NCBI GenBank assembly: GCA_016214885.1
Contig: JACRMP010000005.1
Location: 70,725-134,724, forward strand
Source: Candidatus Gottesmanbacteria bacterium
GTDB lineage: Bacteria; Patescibacteriota; Microgenomatia; UBA10105; UBA927
Direction: 5' to 3'
Length of the DNA: 64,000 bases
In this document: positions 18,624 through 27,738 of the stretch, one piece after another
Layout: the number at the start of each line of letters is the position of its first letter
Position numbering within the stretch: the first letter of the stretch is position 1
Notes under the pieces: model-generated
What the model was told of the DNA's origin: nothing
Database searches by the model: none
The model's input: only the letters and a program-made list of their open reading frames with translations
Program-made: the position numbers and the translations under genes

Positions 18624-20609
18624 ATGTCCTTTGCTCACCGTTCAAGCCGGTATACGATAAAACGCATCACTGTTTTCGGATGTGTTTTACTCCTGTCTCT
18701 GACGGCTTTTTGGCGGCTTACCGGCCTTCGCATTGTTTATGTCTCTCCGCAGGGTGATGACGTAAATCCTGGCACAAAAACGCTTCCTGTCCGCAGTATT
18801 CAGCGGGGAGTTAATCTTGCCCAACGAGGCGGCCTTATTGAAATCCTTCAGGGTGACTACCGGGAAACGGTACACATACCTCATCAGAACAAAGCCCTTC
18901 CCCTTATTCTCCGCGCGGAGAATAAAAAAGGCAAACATGCGGTTCTTTTGGGCTCCGAACCGTCTTCAGATCTTTTATGGAATACTTGCACAGATGCAAC
19001 ATGCAAAGAAGTTGCGCCACAAGCGAGACGGCTTACCTATGTTACCGAAATTCCCTGGGATGAGCCACCCACAATGCTAATCTATAAAAATAAAAACGGG
19101 ACTGACCGGCTTCTCACTCTCGCAAGAAGCCCCAATCAAAAAATAAGCGATAAAAATAAATACCACGAGCATTGGTGGAATTCCGATAACCCGGGCACAT
19201 CTCTTACCGCACTCTCCGACATCAATCACCTTTCCAATGCCCCGTCATTAACTGGTGGGCGGGCGTATATTATCGATGGAGCTGACCGTTGCGGCACCTA
19301 TTTATATACCCGCGCCATCACCGGCTATAACCCACAATCTGCTTCATTTACCGTAGATATGCCCATTGGTGCTCAAACTTACGGCACCCAGGAATCAGGC
19401 CTCAGTGCCTATTCCAAATATTTCATAGAAAACGCTGCGGGATTATTGGATGTACCCGGAGAATGGTTTTATGATCAATCAGCCAAAAAACTTTATCTTT
19501 TTCCCCCGGAGCCTGTTAACCCAAGGGAGCTATCCATTGAAATTGCCAGAAGAAACACGGGAGTACTCGTCGACAGGTCAAGGGTTTCTTTACTGAATCT
19601 CACAATAAAAAATACAAATGATGCCACCTACTCCGACAAAAACACGGGGGCGGTTGTTATGAGCCCTGGAAAAAACCTCCATGCCATACGGATTAAAAAT
19701 ATAACCATACAGAATGCAGGAAACGGTATTTCGGGAATCCCGCTCACTACCGGAAGCATCCGCAACGTTTCTATTGATTCATCTTATATACAAAACGTTT
19801 CAAAATCGGCAATTTCCTTTATGGGCCTGCAGGATGTAATGGATACCATCACCGGAATAACCGTGCGGAATTCATCTATAACAGATACAGGATTTCCGCT
19901 CAACGAACCTGCAGTTGCCATTGTGCGCTCATCTGACGTGTATATACATAAAAATACCATCACCGACACTGCAAGCTATGGCATCCACGTCACGGGCTTT
20001 GAAAAAGCACCTATCGTATCCCGCAACATAACAATTGCCCGTAATTCGGTCAGCCGGACATGTCAAAATGCTTCATCATGTGCCGCGGTTAAAATCTTCG
20101 GGGGTAAATTTGTATACACCATGGTAAAAAATAACACGCTAAGCGAAAATCTTGGCTGGTCGTATTGTCATGCATTAAAAAACAACTCACAGGGGTATGC
20201 AATGGGAGTTTTTATCAGTAACGCCGGGGGAATTTCTGTTGCGCGCAATACGTCGATTAACAACAGTGGACCCGCATTTTTGGCCTATACCCGGCAGATA
20301 CCCGCAACAAATAATATTTTTTTTCGTAATACAGCAGCATATTCCTCGGTGGGCATCTCCCTTGACGGGGCAACCGGTGAACTTGATGCTGATCCCGTCG
20401 CCGACCGCACCCGCCACCGGGATACGCATCTTATAAAAAATAAGCTTCAGAATAACGGCATTGGCATAAGACTTGATCCTTACAATCAGGGCGCCCTCCG
20501 GGTAAGGCATAACTCATATGTCCAAAATGGGATAGCCCTTGTATACGGGAACAAAGAAGTGGTCGTGCCATCCGATATAAATATCGTCTTCCCTTTATGG
20601 GAAAAATGA
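18624..20609 (+). CDS. Secreted right-handed parallel beta-helix repeat protein (pectate-lyase-fold, adhesin / polysaccharide-active)
   Basis: N-terminal signal/TM helix then YVSPQGDDVNPGT, typical of beta-helix proteins. Repeated PbH1-like units: NITIQNAGNGISG, VSIDSSYIQNV, ITVRNSSITDTG, VYIHKNTITDTASYGIHV. Confidence 0.6.
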   Translation: MSFAHRSSRYTIKRITVFGCVLLLSLTAFWRLTGLRIVYVSPQGDDVNPGTKTLPVRSIQRGVNLAQRGGLIEILQGDYRETVHIPHQNKALPLILRAENKKGKHAVLLGSEPSSDLLWNTCTDATCKEVAPQARRLTYVTEIPWDEPPTMLIYKNKNGTDRLLTLARSPNQKISDKNKYHEHWWNSDNPGTSLTALSDINHLSNAPSLTGGRAYIIDGADRCGTYLYTRAITGYNPQSASFTVDMPIGAQTYGTQESGLSAYSKYFIENAAGLLDVPGEWFYDQSAKKLYLFPPEPVNPRELSIEIARRNTGVLVDRSRVSLLNLTIKNTNDATYSDKNTGAVVMSPGKNLHAIRIKNITIQNAGNGISGIPLTTGSIRNVSIDSSYIQNVSKSAISFMGLQDVMDTITGITVRNSSITDTGFPLNEPAVAIVRSSDVYIHKNTITDTASYGIHVTGFEKAPIVSRNITIARNSVSRTCQNASSCAAVKIFGGKFVYTMVKNNTLSENLGWSYCHALKNNSQGYAMGVFISNAGGISVARNTSINNSGPAFLAYTRQIPATNNIFFRNTAAYSSVGISLDGATGELDADPVADRTRHRDTHLIKNKLQNNGIGIRLDPYNQGALRVRHNSYVQNGIALVYGNKEVVVPSDINIVFPLWEK

Positions 20610-20611
20610 AG

Positions 20612-22090
20612 TTAAAAATAACCTGATTCAATAAGTGTTTTTCTATCCTGGTCATTGATCCAGGATGGCAACGGGTCTGATCGGGGTGCGATGTCAGGAA
20701 ATCCGCGCTGGAGCTCCCTATAAACACGTAATAATGCCCCCGTTATGACTTTATGCTCATCAGCGATGTTTATTTTTTCCGCTGGGTCACGCTTCAGATC
20801 ATATAGCATGACGGAAGTCTTCCCTTCCGCAATTCCACGGATAAACTTAAATCGGTCGGTTATCACAGCAACTGCACCGTCACTCACGTGCTCTGCAAGC
20901 ACGGCAATATGCCTTACCGGAGAAAACACGCTTATCCCGGAAATAGGAAACGTCGTGCGATTATCCAACACATCATGAATGGTCGGAAAAATATCCACAA
21001 GAGAAACTAGCCGTCCTGATCTCCCTGATCTGCTCTTGGGAACATATACAACAAACGGCACGTGAAGCACCTCATTATAAAGTGTGTTTCCGTGTGAATA
21101 TGAATCATGCTCAAAAAACTCATCCCCCTGGTCGCCCACAATAATAATTGTGGTGTTTTCCATAAAATTTTTCTCGGTGAGGTATGTAAAAAATTTTGTC
21201 AGCTCCTGATCAAGAATATACAGCTGGGCTGAATATAACGCATGTATATATTCCGATTTCTCCTGTTTACCTAAATGGTCAAATTGTTTCCAGTACTCTT
21301 CATTTATGATTGTGTATACATCGTTGTACTCTTCATATGTCTTGTTGCTCATTCCCTGGAATTCGGCTAATTTATCACAGGTATTTCTTGTGTCATTAGG
21401 GTGCCCGTCTCTTAATTCGGGCCGCAGGCTCATGAGCTTGGCATACGTCAGTGCACACAAATCGTCATACGTCATCCGCTTTCGGTCGGTACCCTTATAA
21501 AAACGGGAAAGTGTTTCCTCATCCGGCATATACGGTTCATGCGCCATATAGGTATGCATAAAGAAAAAAGATTTTTTCTTCAGTCTGTCAGGATCAAGCG
21601 CCAATGCATCCAATGTGGCTATCCACGAACCAGGATCATCCGCTTCATAAATTGAAGTAAATCCCCTTTCCATCCCGCGGTCGAGCGGCAAATGCGGATC
21701 TTTTGTAACCCCCAAATAATACGTTTGGTAACCCAAGCCCTTTAATGATTCTGCCAGGGTAGGTATTCCCTCAGGTAAAATACTTGAATACGGGAGATTC
21801 ATGGTGTGTGTCTCCGGGTACAGAGAGGTCATCATAGAAAAGTGACTATCGTGAGTACGCGATGCAGTCGCGTAGGCATTGGTATAGACATGTGATTTTT
21901 TCGCGAATGCACATAAGCCCGGCATGGTGTTCTTGCTATACCCAAAACAGGGAAGGCTTTTGGCGCGCACCTGATCGAGTGAAATCAGCATCACGTTACA
22001 GTCGCGACACATAGGAACTGATTGTCGAAAAGACACAGCAACCGCGGAAATTAGGAATAAAAGCACGATGGTTAGTGCATATCGCAACAT
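20612..22090 (-). CDS. Sulfatase-like hydrolase/transferase of the alkaline-phosphatase superfamily, membrane anchored, Thr nucleophile
   Basis: An N-terminal TM helix is followed by NVMLISLDQVRAKSLPCFGY...NAYATASRTHDSHFSMMTSLYP. The position equivalent to the sulfatase C-x-P-x-R motif reads T-H-D-S-H, so this is a Thr-type enzyme as in phospho-transferases such as LtaS/EptA rather than a true sulfatase. Confidence 0.6.
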   Translation of the reverse strand: MLRYALTIVLLFLISAVAVSFRQSVPMCRDCNVMLISLDQVRAKSLPCFGYSKNTMPGLCAFAKKSHVYTNAYATASRTHDSHFSMMTSLYPETHTMNLPYSSILPEGIPTLAESLKGLGYQTYYLGVTKDPHLPLDRGMERGFTSIYEADDPGSWIATLDALALDPDRLKKKSFFFMHTYMAHEPYMPDEETLSRFYKGTDRKRMTYDDLCALTYAKLMSLRPELRDGHPNDTRNTCDKLAEFQGMSNKTYEEYNDVYTIINEEYWKQFDHLGKQEKSEYIHALYSAQLYILDQELTKFFTYLTEKNFMENTTIIIVGDQGDEFFEHDSYSHGNTLYNEVLHVPFVVYVPKSRSGRSGRLVSLVDIFPTIHDVLDNRTTFPISGISVFSPVRHIAVLAEHVSDGAVAVITDRFKFIRGIAEGKTSVMLYDLKRDPAEKINIADEHKVITGALLRVYRELQRGFPDIAPRSDPLPSWINDQDRKTLIESGYF

Positions 22091-22185
22091 GGAGTACTAT
22101 TATTTTACGGTCTGTCCCTTCATCAAACAAGATTAGAATACATACTCTTTGTAATGCCGTTTACGTATTTTGATATACTCATCTT

Positions 22186-22548
22186 ATGATGGCACCCAAA
22201 AAGAATATCCGGGATATTCCCGATGAGCTCATCCATAACGCTACCACACACCGGAAGCGGCTTATATCTCACGACGAAACACACAAGGGTGATATCGCGA
22301 CCATGAATCATGCGTGGCTGGAGCCCGGTAAACAGCTTGAATTGCACACACACCCTGACGGAGAAGAGTTTTATTTCTTCCTCGAAGGAACGGGGCAGAT
22401 ACTTGTCGGCACAGAATGGCTACCAGTTGAACCGGGTGACTTTGTCACAATCCCGGTGTCGTTCACCCACAGCCTAAAAAACACGGGGGGTATCAATCTC
22501 ATCTTCCTCACCATACGCACACTTGATCGCATACCTCCCCGGGTATAG
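22186..22548 (+). CDS. Cupin-domain protein
   Basis: HTHPDGEEFYFFLEGTGQILVG...PGDFVTIPVSFTHSLKNTG are the two cupin motifs. Confidence 0.6.
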   Translation: MMAPKKNIRDIPDELIHNATTHRKRLISHDETHKGDIATMNHAWLEPGKQLELHTHPDGEEFYFFLEGTGQILVGTEWLPVEPGDFVTIPVSFTHSLKNTGGINLIFLTIRTLDRIPPRV

Positions 22549-22719
22549 TGTAAAAAAACCTATTGCACACCGTCGCAAGACTTGGTAAAGTAGGTCACAT
22601 GACGACACTGTTTTTTTCGTAACGGGAGCGTATATATCGGAGGATCTCTCCCGTCCTCCATACAGCATAAACGGCCTTATCAGTAAGGGTCGTTTTTTTA
22701 TGCAAAAAAGGGAGGAACT

Positions 22720-23550
22720 ATGATCGCCGCATTTCTCATCACGCTCCGGGAAGTCATAGAAGCGTCACTCATCGTGGCCACCATATTAGGAATTCTTATC
22801 AAACTCCGTCAGCACCGGAGTGTCCGCGCGGTCTGGCTCGCAACAGGACTTGCTGCCCTGCTCAGTGTGGTACTTCTGGGGATAGGGAGCCTGTTCGGTA
22901 TCAAAATCCAGGAAATTTACTCAGGTAAAACCGAGGAATTTATTGAAGGAGTTTTTATGGTGGCTTCTGCAGCATTTATCACCTGGGCGGTATTTTTCCT
23001 GCATAAATATTTTGCCAGCTACAAAACCCGATTAATAGTCAAAATAAGCGAAACGCTGAAACAGGAAGAACAAAAAGGGATCTTCTGGCTCGCATTCACC
23101 GCCGTGTTCAGAGAGGGTTTTGAAATAGTTCTTTTTCTTTCGACGATTTTCTTTTCCTCCAACCCGAAGGATATTTTTACCGGATTTGCGGGAGGATTAA
23201 CAGGCGGCCTCCTTATTTCTGCAGGACTATTTGCCGCAACGATCCGTCTCCCCGTTCTCCTTGCGTTCCGGGCAACGAGCCTGCTGCTTATTTTCTTTGC
23301 CGCCGGGTTATTTGCCCGCGGTGTCCATGAATTTGCGGAGGCAGGTATTCTCCCGGAATTAACAAGCATAACCCTGCACTTTCTGCCTGCTAAAACATCG
23401 ATAGCCGGCGACATGATCAAGGCTATTTTCGGTCTCACCCGGTCAATGGACATCGCCCAGCTTACTGTATATACGGGCTATGTGGCCTTTATGGTCTGGT
23501 GGGTGTTTGTCCGAAAAGGCAAAATGGCGCCCTCCGAAGTTGCGGAATAA
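22720..23550 (+). CDS. FTR1/EfeU-family high-affinity iron permease
   Basis: Two RExxE motifs, TLREVIEAS and FREGFEIVLF, sit at the start of TM1 and TM4. Seven predicted TM helices. Confidence 0.65.
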   Translation: MIAAFLITLREVIEASLIVATILGILIKLRQHRSVRAVWLATGLAALLSVVLLGIGSLFGIKIQEIYSGKTEEFIEGVFMVASAAFITWAVFFLHKYFASYKTRLIVKISETLKQEEQKGIFWLAFTAVFREGFEIVLFLSTIFFSSNPKDIFTGFAGGLTGGLLISAGLFAATIRLPVLLAFRATSLLLIFFAAGLFARGVHEFAEAGILPELTSITLHFLPAKTSIAGDMIKAIFGLTRSMDIAQLTVYTGYVAFMVWWVFVRKGKMAPSEVAE

Positions 23551-23647
23551 CCCCAAAATCTGGTATACTGCCGTGTATTGTCAATCGCAGTGTGTAAGGT
23601 AGATGCCTCGTGTGCTCGTGCCCGTCACCCCGTTTTTGACCTCAATT

Positions 23648-25483
23648 ATGGACCAGGACATCCGAAATATCGCGATTATCGCCCACGTGGACCACGGCAA
23701 AACCACGCTTGTCGACGGCATGCTGAAACAAACCCACACGTTCCGGGATAATCAGGCGGAAATGCAGGCAACAACCATTCTGGACAGCAACGATCTGGAA
23801 CGGGAAAAGGGAATCACCATACTTGCCAAAAATACTTCGGTTTTTTACAAGTCAACAAAGATAAATATTGTCGACACACCGGGACATGCGGACTTTTCCG
23901 GAGAAGTGGAACGGGTCATCAACATGGCCGACGGAGCCCTTCTTATCGTAGATGCCGCCGAAGGACCCCTGCCCCAGACACATTTTGTATTGCAGAAAGC
24001 CATGGAACACAATCTCACCGTTATTGTGGTCATCAATAAAATCGACCGCAAGGATGCCAGACCCAAAGAAGTGCTTAATGAAGTTGAAGAATTATTTCTC
24101 CATCTTGCCCACCATGAAGGCCACCTGAACTTTCCGGTGCTGTATGCCGTAGGCCGCCAGGAAAAAGTCTGGGATCATCTGCCGGAAAACCCTGATGAAC
24201 CGGCGAACCTGATTCCGCTGTTTGAGGCAATCGTAAAGCACATTCCGCAGCCTACCGGAGATCATGAAAAACCATTTAAAATGCTGGTGACTACCCTTGA
24301 TTTTGACAGCCACAAAGGAAAATTTGCCATCGGTAAAGTCAGTCAGGGTCATGTCGCAAAAGGCGACTCACTTGTTATTCTTGATGAAAACAGCAAACGC
24401 GGTGCATTCCGCGTCGAAAATGTGTTTACCAGTGAAGGCTTAAAACGGGTTCCGGCGGAAATTGGCAAAACCGGCGATATTATCGCGATTACCGGCACAA
24501 GTGATATATCCATCGGTCAAACAATAGCAGACCCGGCTGATCCCACTGGATTCCCCAAGATACAAATTGAGGAACCGACACTCAAAGTGCTCGTGGGACC
24601 GAACACCTCTCCTTTTGCCGGAAAAGAATCAAAATTCGGCACGCCGACACAACTGGCAGATCGCTTAACCCGTGAGTTGCAGACAAATATCGGACTGAAA
24701 ATCGAACCGAGCCCGACGAGCAATGGCTTTCTGGTCTCCGGCCGCGGCGAACTGCATATTGCGGTACTTCTGGAAACCATGCGCCGGGAAGGATTTGAGT
24801 GTCAGGTAGGTAAACCCCAGGTAATCGTTAAAGAAATCGATGGGGTAACTCATGAACCATACGAAGAACTCACGATAGAACTCGACTCAGCGCTCGTAGG
24901 CATCATTACCGAAGAAATGGGCAAACGCCACGGAGAAATGCTGGATACCCACACCAATGACCGCGGTGTCACCAAAATGGTGTATAAAATTTCAACCAGA
25001 AATCTGTTGGGGTTCAGGGGTGATATTATGACCAAAACCCGCGGAAGCGGTATTATCGCGACCAGGATCATCGGCTATTTCCCGGTAACCCCCAAAAAAG
25101 CCAAAGCAAGAAACGGCGTTCTGATCTCGATGGAATCGGGAAAATCAACAGGCTACGCACTCACTACCGTACAGGAACGGGGTCGCGCTCTTATCGGTCC
25201 GGGAGTTCCCGTTTATGAAGGTATGATCATCGGCATCAACAACAGAAGCGAGGATATCGATATGAATGCCTGCAGATCAAAACGCCTTACCAACATCCAC
25301 TCGGCTAACGCGGATGTAGCCATCCAGCTGGATCCCCCGCTTGAGATGAGTTTAGAACAGGCGCTCGACTTTATTGAGGATGACGAGCTATTGGAAATAA
25401 CCCCTCTTACACTCAGACTTCGAAAGATTCATCTTTCCAAGGTAAACCGTGTCCGCGCTTCCCGCGGTGCTGATCCGGTATAA
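23648..25483 (+). CDS. typA: Translational GTPase TypA/BipA
   Basis: IRNIAIIAHVDHGKTTLVD, DTPGHADF, NKIDR. The domain order is EF-G-like without domain IV. Start set at the ATG that gives MDQDIRN. Confidence 0.9.
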   Translation: MDQDIRNIAIIAHVDHGKTTLVDGMLKQTHTFRDNQAEMQATTILDSNDLEREKGITILAKNTSVFYKSTKINIVDTPGHADFSGEVERVINMADGALLIVDAAEGPLPQTHFVLQKAMEHNLTVIVVINKIDRKDARPKEVLNEVEELFLHLAHHEGHLNFPVLYAVGRQEKVWDHLPENPDEPANLIPLFEAIVKHIPQPTGDHEKPFKMLVTTLDFDSHKGKFAIGKVSQGHVAKGDSLVILDENSKRGAFRVENVFTSEGLKRVPAEIGKTGDIIAITGTSDISIGQTIADPADPTGFPKIQIEEPTLKVLVGPNTSPFAGKESKFGTPTQLADRLTRELQTNIGLKIEPSPTSNGFLVSGRGELHIAVLLETMRREGFECQVGKPQVIVKEIDGVTHEPYEELTIELDSALVGIITEEMGKRHGEMLDTHTNDRGVTKMVYKISTRNLLGFRGDIMTKTRGSGIIATRIIGYFPVTPKKAKARNGVLISMESGKSTGYALTTVQERGRALIGPGVPVYEGMIIGINNRSEDIDMNACRSKRLTNIHSANADVAIQLDPPLEMSLEQALDFIEDDELLEITPLTLRLRKIHLSKVNRVRASRGADPV

Positions 25484-25560
25484 CCCCATTTCTACTTACC
25501 AGATATTCATCTTTCCCGCAAAAACAACGGGGTGTTTTCTCTTTTTAATCCGAAACTACC

Positions 25561-25588
25561 AAAAACCCCGCTTTCGCGGGGCTTTTGG
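25561..25588. terminator. Bidirectional rho-independent terminator between convergent typA and pilin genes
   Basis: AAAAACCCCGC-TTTC-GCGGGGCTTTTGG: a GC stem with A-run and T-run flanks. Confidence 0.6.
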
Positions 25589-25609
25589 TTAATACTACTC
25601 GGTTTCCTA

Positions 25610-26074
25610 TTACCTGGTTACCGTGATAACCGCTGCGTTATCCGTTGTCGGCGCACTTACCGTTATACGGTTCTGTGCATCTCGGGATATCTGGTATCCC
25701 GTATTACCCCATGCACCTGCATTTGCGGTACAGTCAGTAATATTTGCCGTATTCAGCGACGGATCCGTCGGCAATGCCGGCAGGTAGTTCGTCACCAGCT
25801 GCCCGCACAAATTCGGGAAGTTGGTCGCATTAAACAGCGTTGCTGTTCCTGCGGTCAAACCGCTTACTTCTGCAGGCAACTGACCCTGATTTTCAGCTAC
25901 ATACTGATGAATGGCATTTAATACCTGCAGTACATCGCTGCGGCGTTTGGTGTTATTTGCCTGTCCGAATTGCCGGGCAGGATTAATGGCAATAAGCGTA
26001 ATGGCTAATAATATCGCGAGGATACCAATGACCACCAACAGCTCAATGAGCGTAAAACCTTTTTTATTTTTCAT
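25610..26074 (-). CDS. Type IV pilin / pseudopilin (prepilin-type N-terminal cleavage-methylation domain)
   Basis: MKNKKGFTLIELLVVIGILAILLAITLIAI is the class III signal, G-FTLIE. Start reassigned to that Met. GGGAGGGG RBS upstream. Confidence 0.8.
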   Translation of the reverse strand: MKNKKGFTLIELLVVIGILAILLAITLIAINPARQFGQANNTKRRSDVLQVLNAIHQYVAENQGQLPAEVSGLTAGTATLFNATNFPNLCGQLVTNYLPALPTDPSLNTANITDCTANAGAWGNTGYQISRDAQNRITVSAPTTDNAAVITVTR

Positions 26075-26166
26075 AGGCAGGTCCCCTCCCAAGGACATGA
26101 AACTTATGTACATTCAGCATAGGGGAAAATTCGTATCTTTGTCAAGAACAGTGAAGGCGGTGATCG

Positions 26167-26826
26167 TTATCCGCGGATAAAAAACCAATACATAGTAAGC
26201 GCGTAGAGCAGCGCCGCGCCACCAAATACTATCCACCCCCACGGCGTCTTCTTAGGAGCTTTCCCTTTTGGCGCGGTTACCGCCACAACCGCTCCTTGTT
26301 TCTCCGTCACAAACGGAAACGCGCTGAGGCGTAATGCGGATGATCCGTCAAAAACACGCTTAACCGTTGCGTTATCCACTTCCCCTTTCGTCAATCCCAA
26401 CTGTACCAGCGCTGACCAGGGAACAACGAGTGCAACCGGATGCTGTTGGGAAGCCAGCGAACGGGAAATTGATTCGTAATAATCCTGATTGGTGGCAATA
26501 AGGTATGACTGATCATGTGCAGTTATACATGCCGTGACAACATGGGCAAATGGGGTTGTGCTGATAAGCTTCGCTTCCGCCTCTTCTCGTTTCCCTTCTT
26601 CGAAGGGCTGTATAAAACACAATTCGTCACTCAACACCACGATAGTGGATACAACAGCATTGGGCTGAACCGGTACGAGTTTTTTGACGGAAAGCAACAG
26701 TTCTTCGTCATTCACTACTTCCATATCCGACACTGCGGATTTGGCTATACTCCCCCCGACGGGGTTTGGCCGATCACTGTAATACACATATATTGTTTCC
26801 GGTCGTACTATTGCCAGGGCAGACAT
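26167..26826 (-). CDS. Hypothetical protein with C-terminal TM anchor, inside the pilin operon
   Basis: 219 aa with the only hydrophobic helix at the extreme C-terminus (WGWIVFGGAALLYALTMYWFFI). Embedded between pilin genes. Confidence 0.35.
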   Translation of the reverse strand: MSALAIVRPETIYVYYSDRPNPVGGSIAKSAVSDMEVVNDEELLLSVKKLVPVQPNAVVSTIVVLSDELCFIQPFEEGKREEAEAKLISTTPFAHVVTACITAHDQSYLIATNQDYYESISRSLASQQHPVALVVPWSALVQLGLTKGEVDNATVKRVFDGSSALRLSAFPFVTEKQGAVVAVTAPKGKAPKKTPWGWIVFGGAALLYALTMYWFFIRG

Positions 26827-26831
26827 ATTGA

Positions 26832-27230
26832 TTAATCCTCAGGGAGTTCCCGCCAAGAATCGGTTATTAGCTCTCCACCATTATAATGCACTTTCACCTC
26901 AACCTGCTTTTGAACAGTGCCATACGATCCTGTCGACACTATCGTAATACCTGAGCTGGTGCTCACGGTTATCAGCGCGGACTGATCACTGGTTATTGTG
27001 ATTAATTCACCGGCATAAGCAGGATTACGCACCAACCGCAGCAATGCATTTTCGGCGCCGCTTTCCGCTGCTGAGTAGGCAAGCGAGCCAGCCTCAAACA
27101 TCGTTGTTGATTGGGTGTTGCCGATCAGGGCATAAATAGCCCCGGTAGTCACCAGAATACCGATCACCATGACATACAGCATGGCGATGAGCACTTGACC
27201 GGAACTATGCTGTGATCTGTTTGTAAACAT
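26832..27230 (-). CDS. PilX-like minor pilin
   Basis: The hydrophobic N-terminus SGQVLIAMLYVMVIGILVTTGAIYAL resembles the PilX N-terminal domain. Located in the pilin operon. Confidence 0.45.
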   Translation of the reverse strand: MFTNRSQHSSGQVLIAMLYVMVIGILVTTGAIYALIGNTQSTTMFEAGSLAYSAAESGAENALLRLVRNPAYAGELITITSDQSALITVSTSSGITIVSTGSYGTVQKQVEVKVHYNGGELITDSWRELPED

Positions 27231-27231
27231 A

Positions 27232-27738
27232 TTATCGCTGACTAACTGTTGTCTGCATATTGAGCGTTTGCTGACCAGCTTCTACATCAGAATTGCCCGT
27301 CAAACCCAACTGAATGGACAGTGTGTCGGCGGCATCTTCAAGCACTGCTGAATTTCCGATCCGGGTCAATAAGAACTGTGTTATCACTGACCGGTTGCTA
27401 TTCAGTTGTGTGCTGCTACCCGCGGAGGAAACCGTTATGCTCTGCCCGTCCCAGACATATTGATACGTTTGCGGCACGCCCGCTTCATTGATAACAAGCA
27501 TCATGGAATCACTTGCCACTCCCAGTGCAGGGGAAAGAATAATATCGGATCTTTTAATGTCATAATGCAGCCGCGACATGATAAACCGACCATCCTGCTG
27601 AACCCCTGATGTATTGGCTGATTCGACCCTGAGACCCACGATTGCCAGAAATACCTGGCTCATGAGCCCGATAAGCACGCTGGTTAATCCCATGTAAAGA
27701 AGTAGCTCGATAAGTGAAAATCCGTTTTGTTGTCTCAT
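27232..27738 (-). CDS. Pseudopilin (prepilin-type N-terminal domain)
   Basis: MRQQNGFSLIELLLYMGLTSVLIGL. Overlaps neighbouring genes by 4 nt (ATGA). Confidence 0.7.
   Translation of the reverse strand: MRQQNGFSLIELLLYMGLTSVLIGLMSQVFLAIVGLRVESANTSGVQQDGRFIMSRLHYDIKRSDIILSPALGVASDSMMLVINEAGVPQTYQYVWDGQSITVSSAGSSTQLNSNRSVITQFLLTRIGNSAVLEDAADTLSIQLGLTGNSDVEAGQQTLNMQTTVSQR

Noticed and set aside
20612-22090. Annotating the two sulfatase-fold proteins as formylglycine-dependent arylsulfatases, partnered with the ASST-like gene
   Set aside because: The C/S-x-P-x-R FGly motif is replaced by T-H-D-S-H in this paralog and by T-L-P-S-H in the other, so true sulfatase chemistry is unlikely.
23019-23453. 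144-aa minus-strand ORF
   Set aside because: It lies entirely inside, and antisense to, the well-supported FTR1 permease gene. Its Arg/Ala/Pro-rich translation is typical of a GC-skewed shadow ORF.
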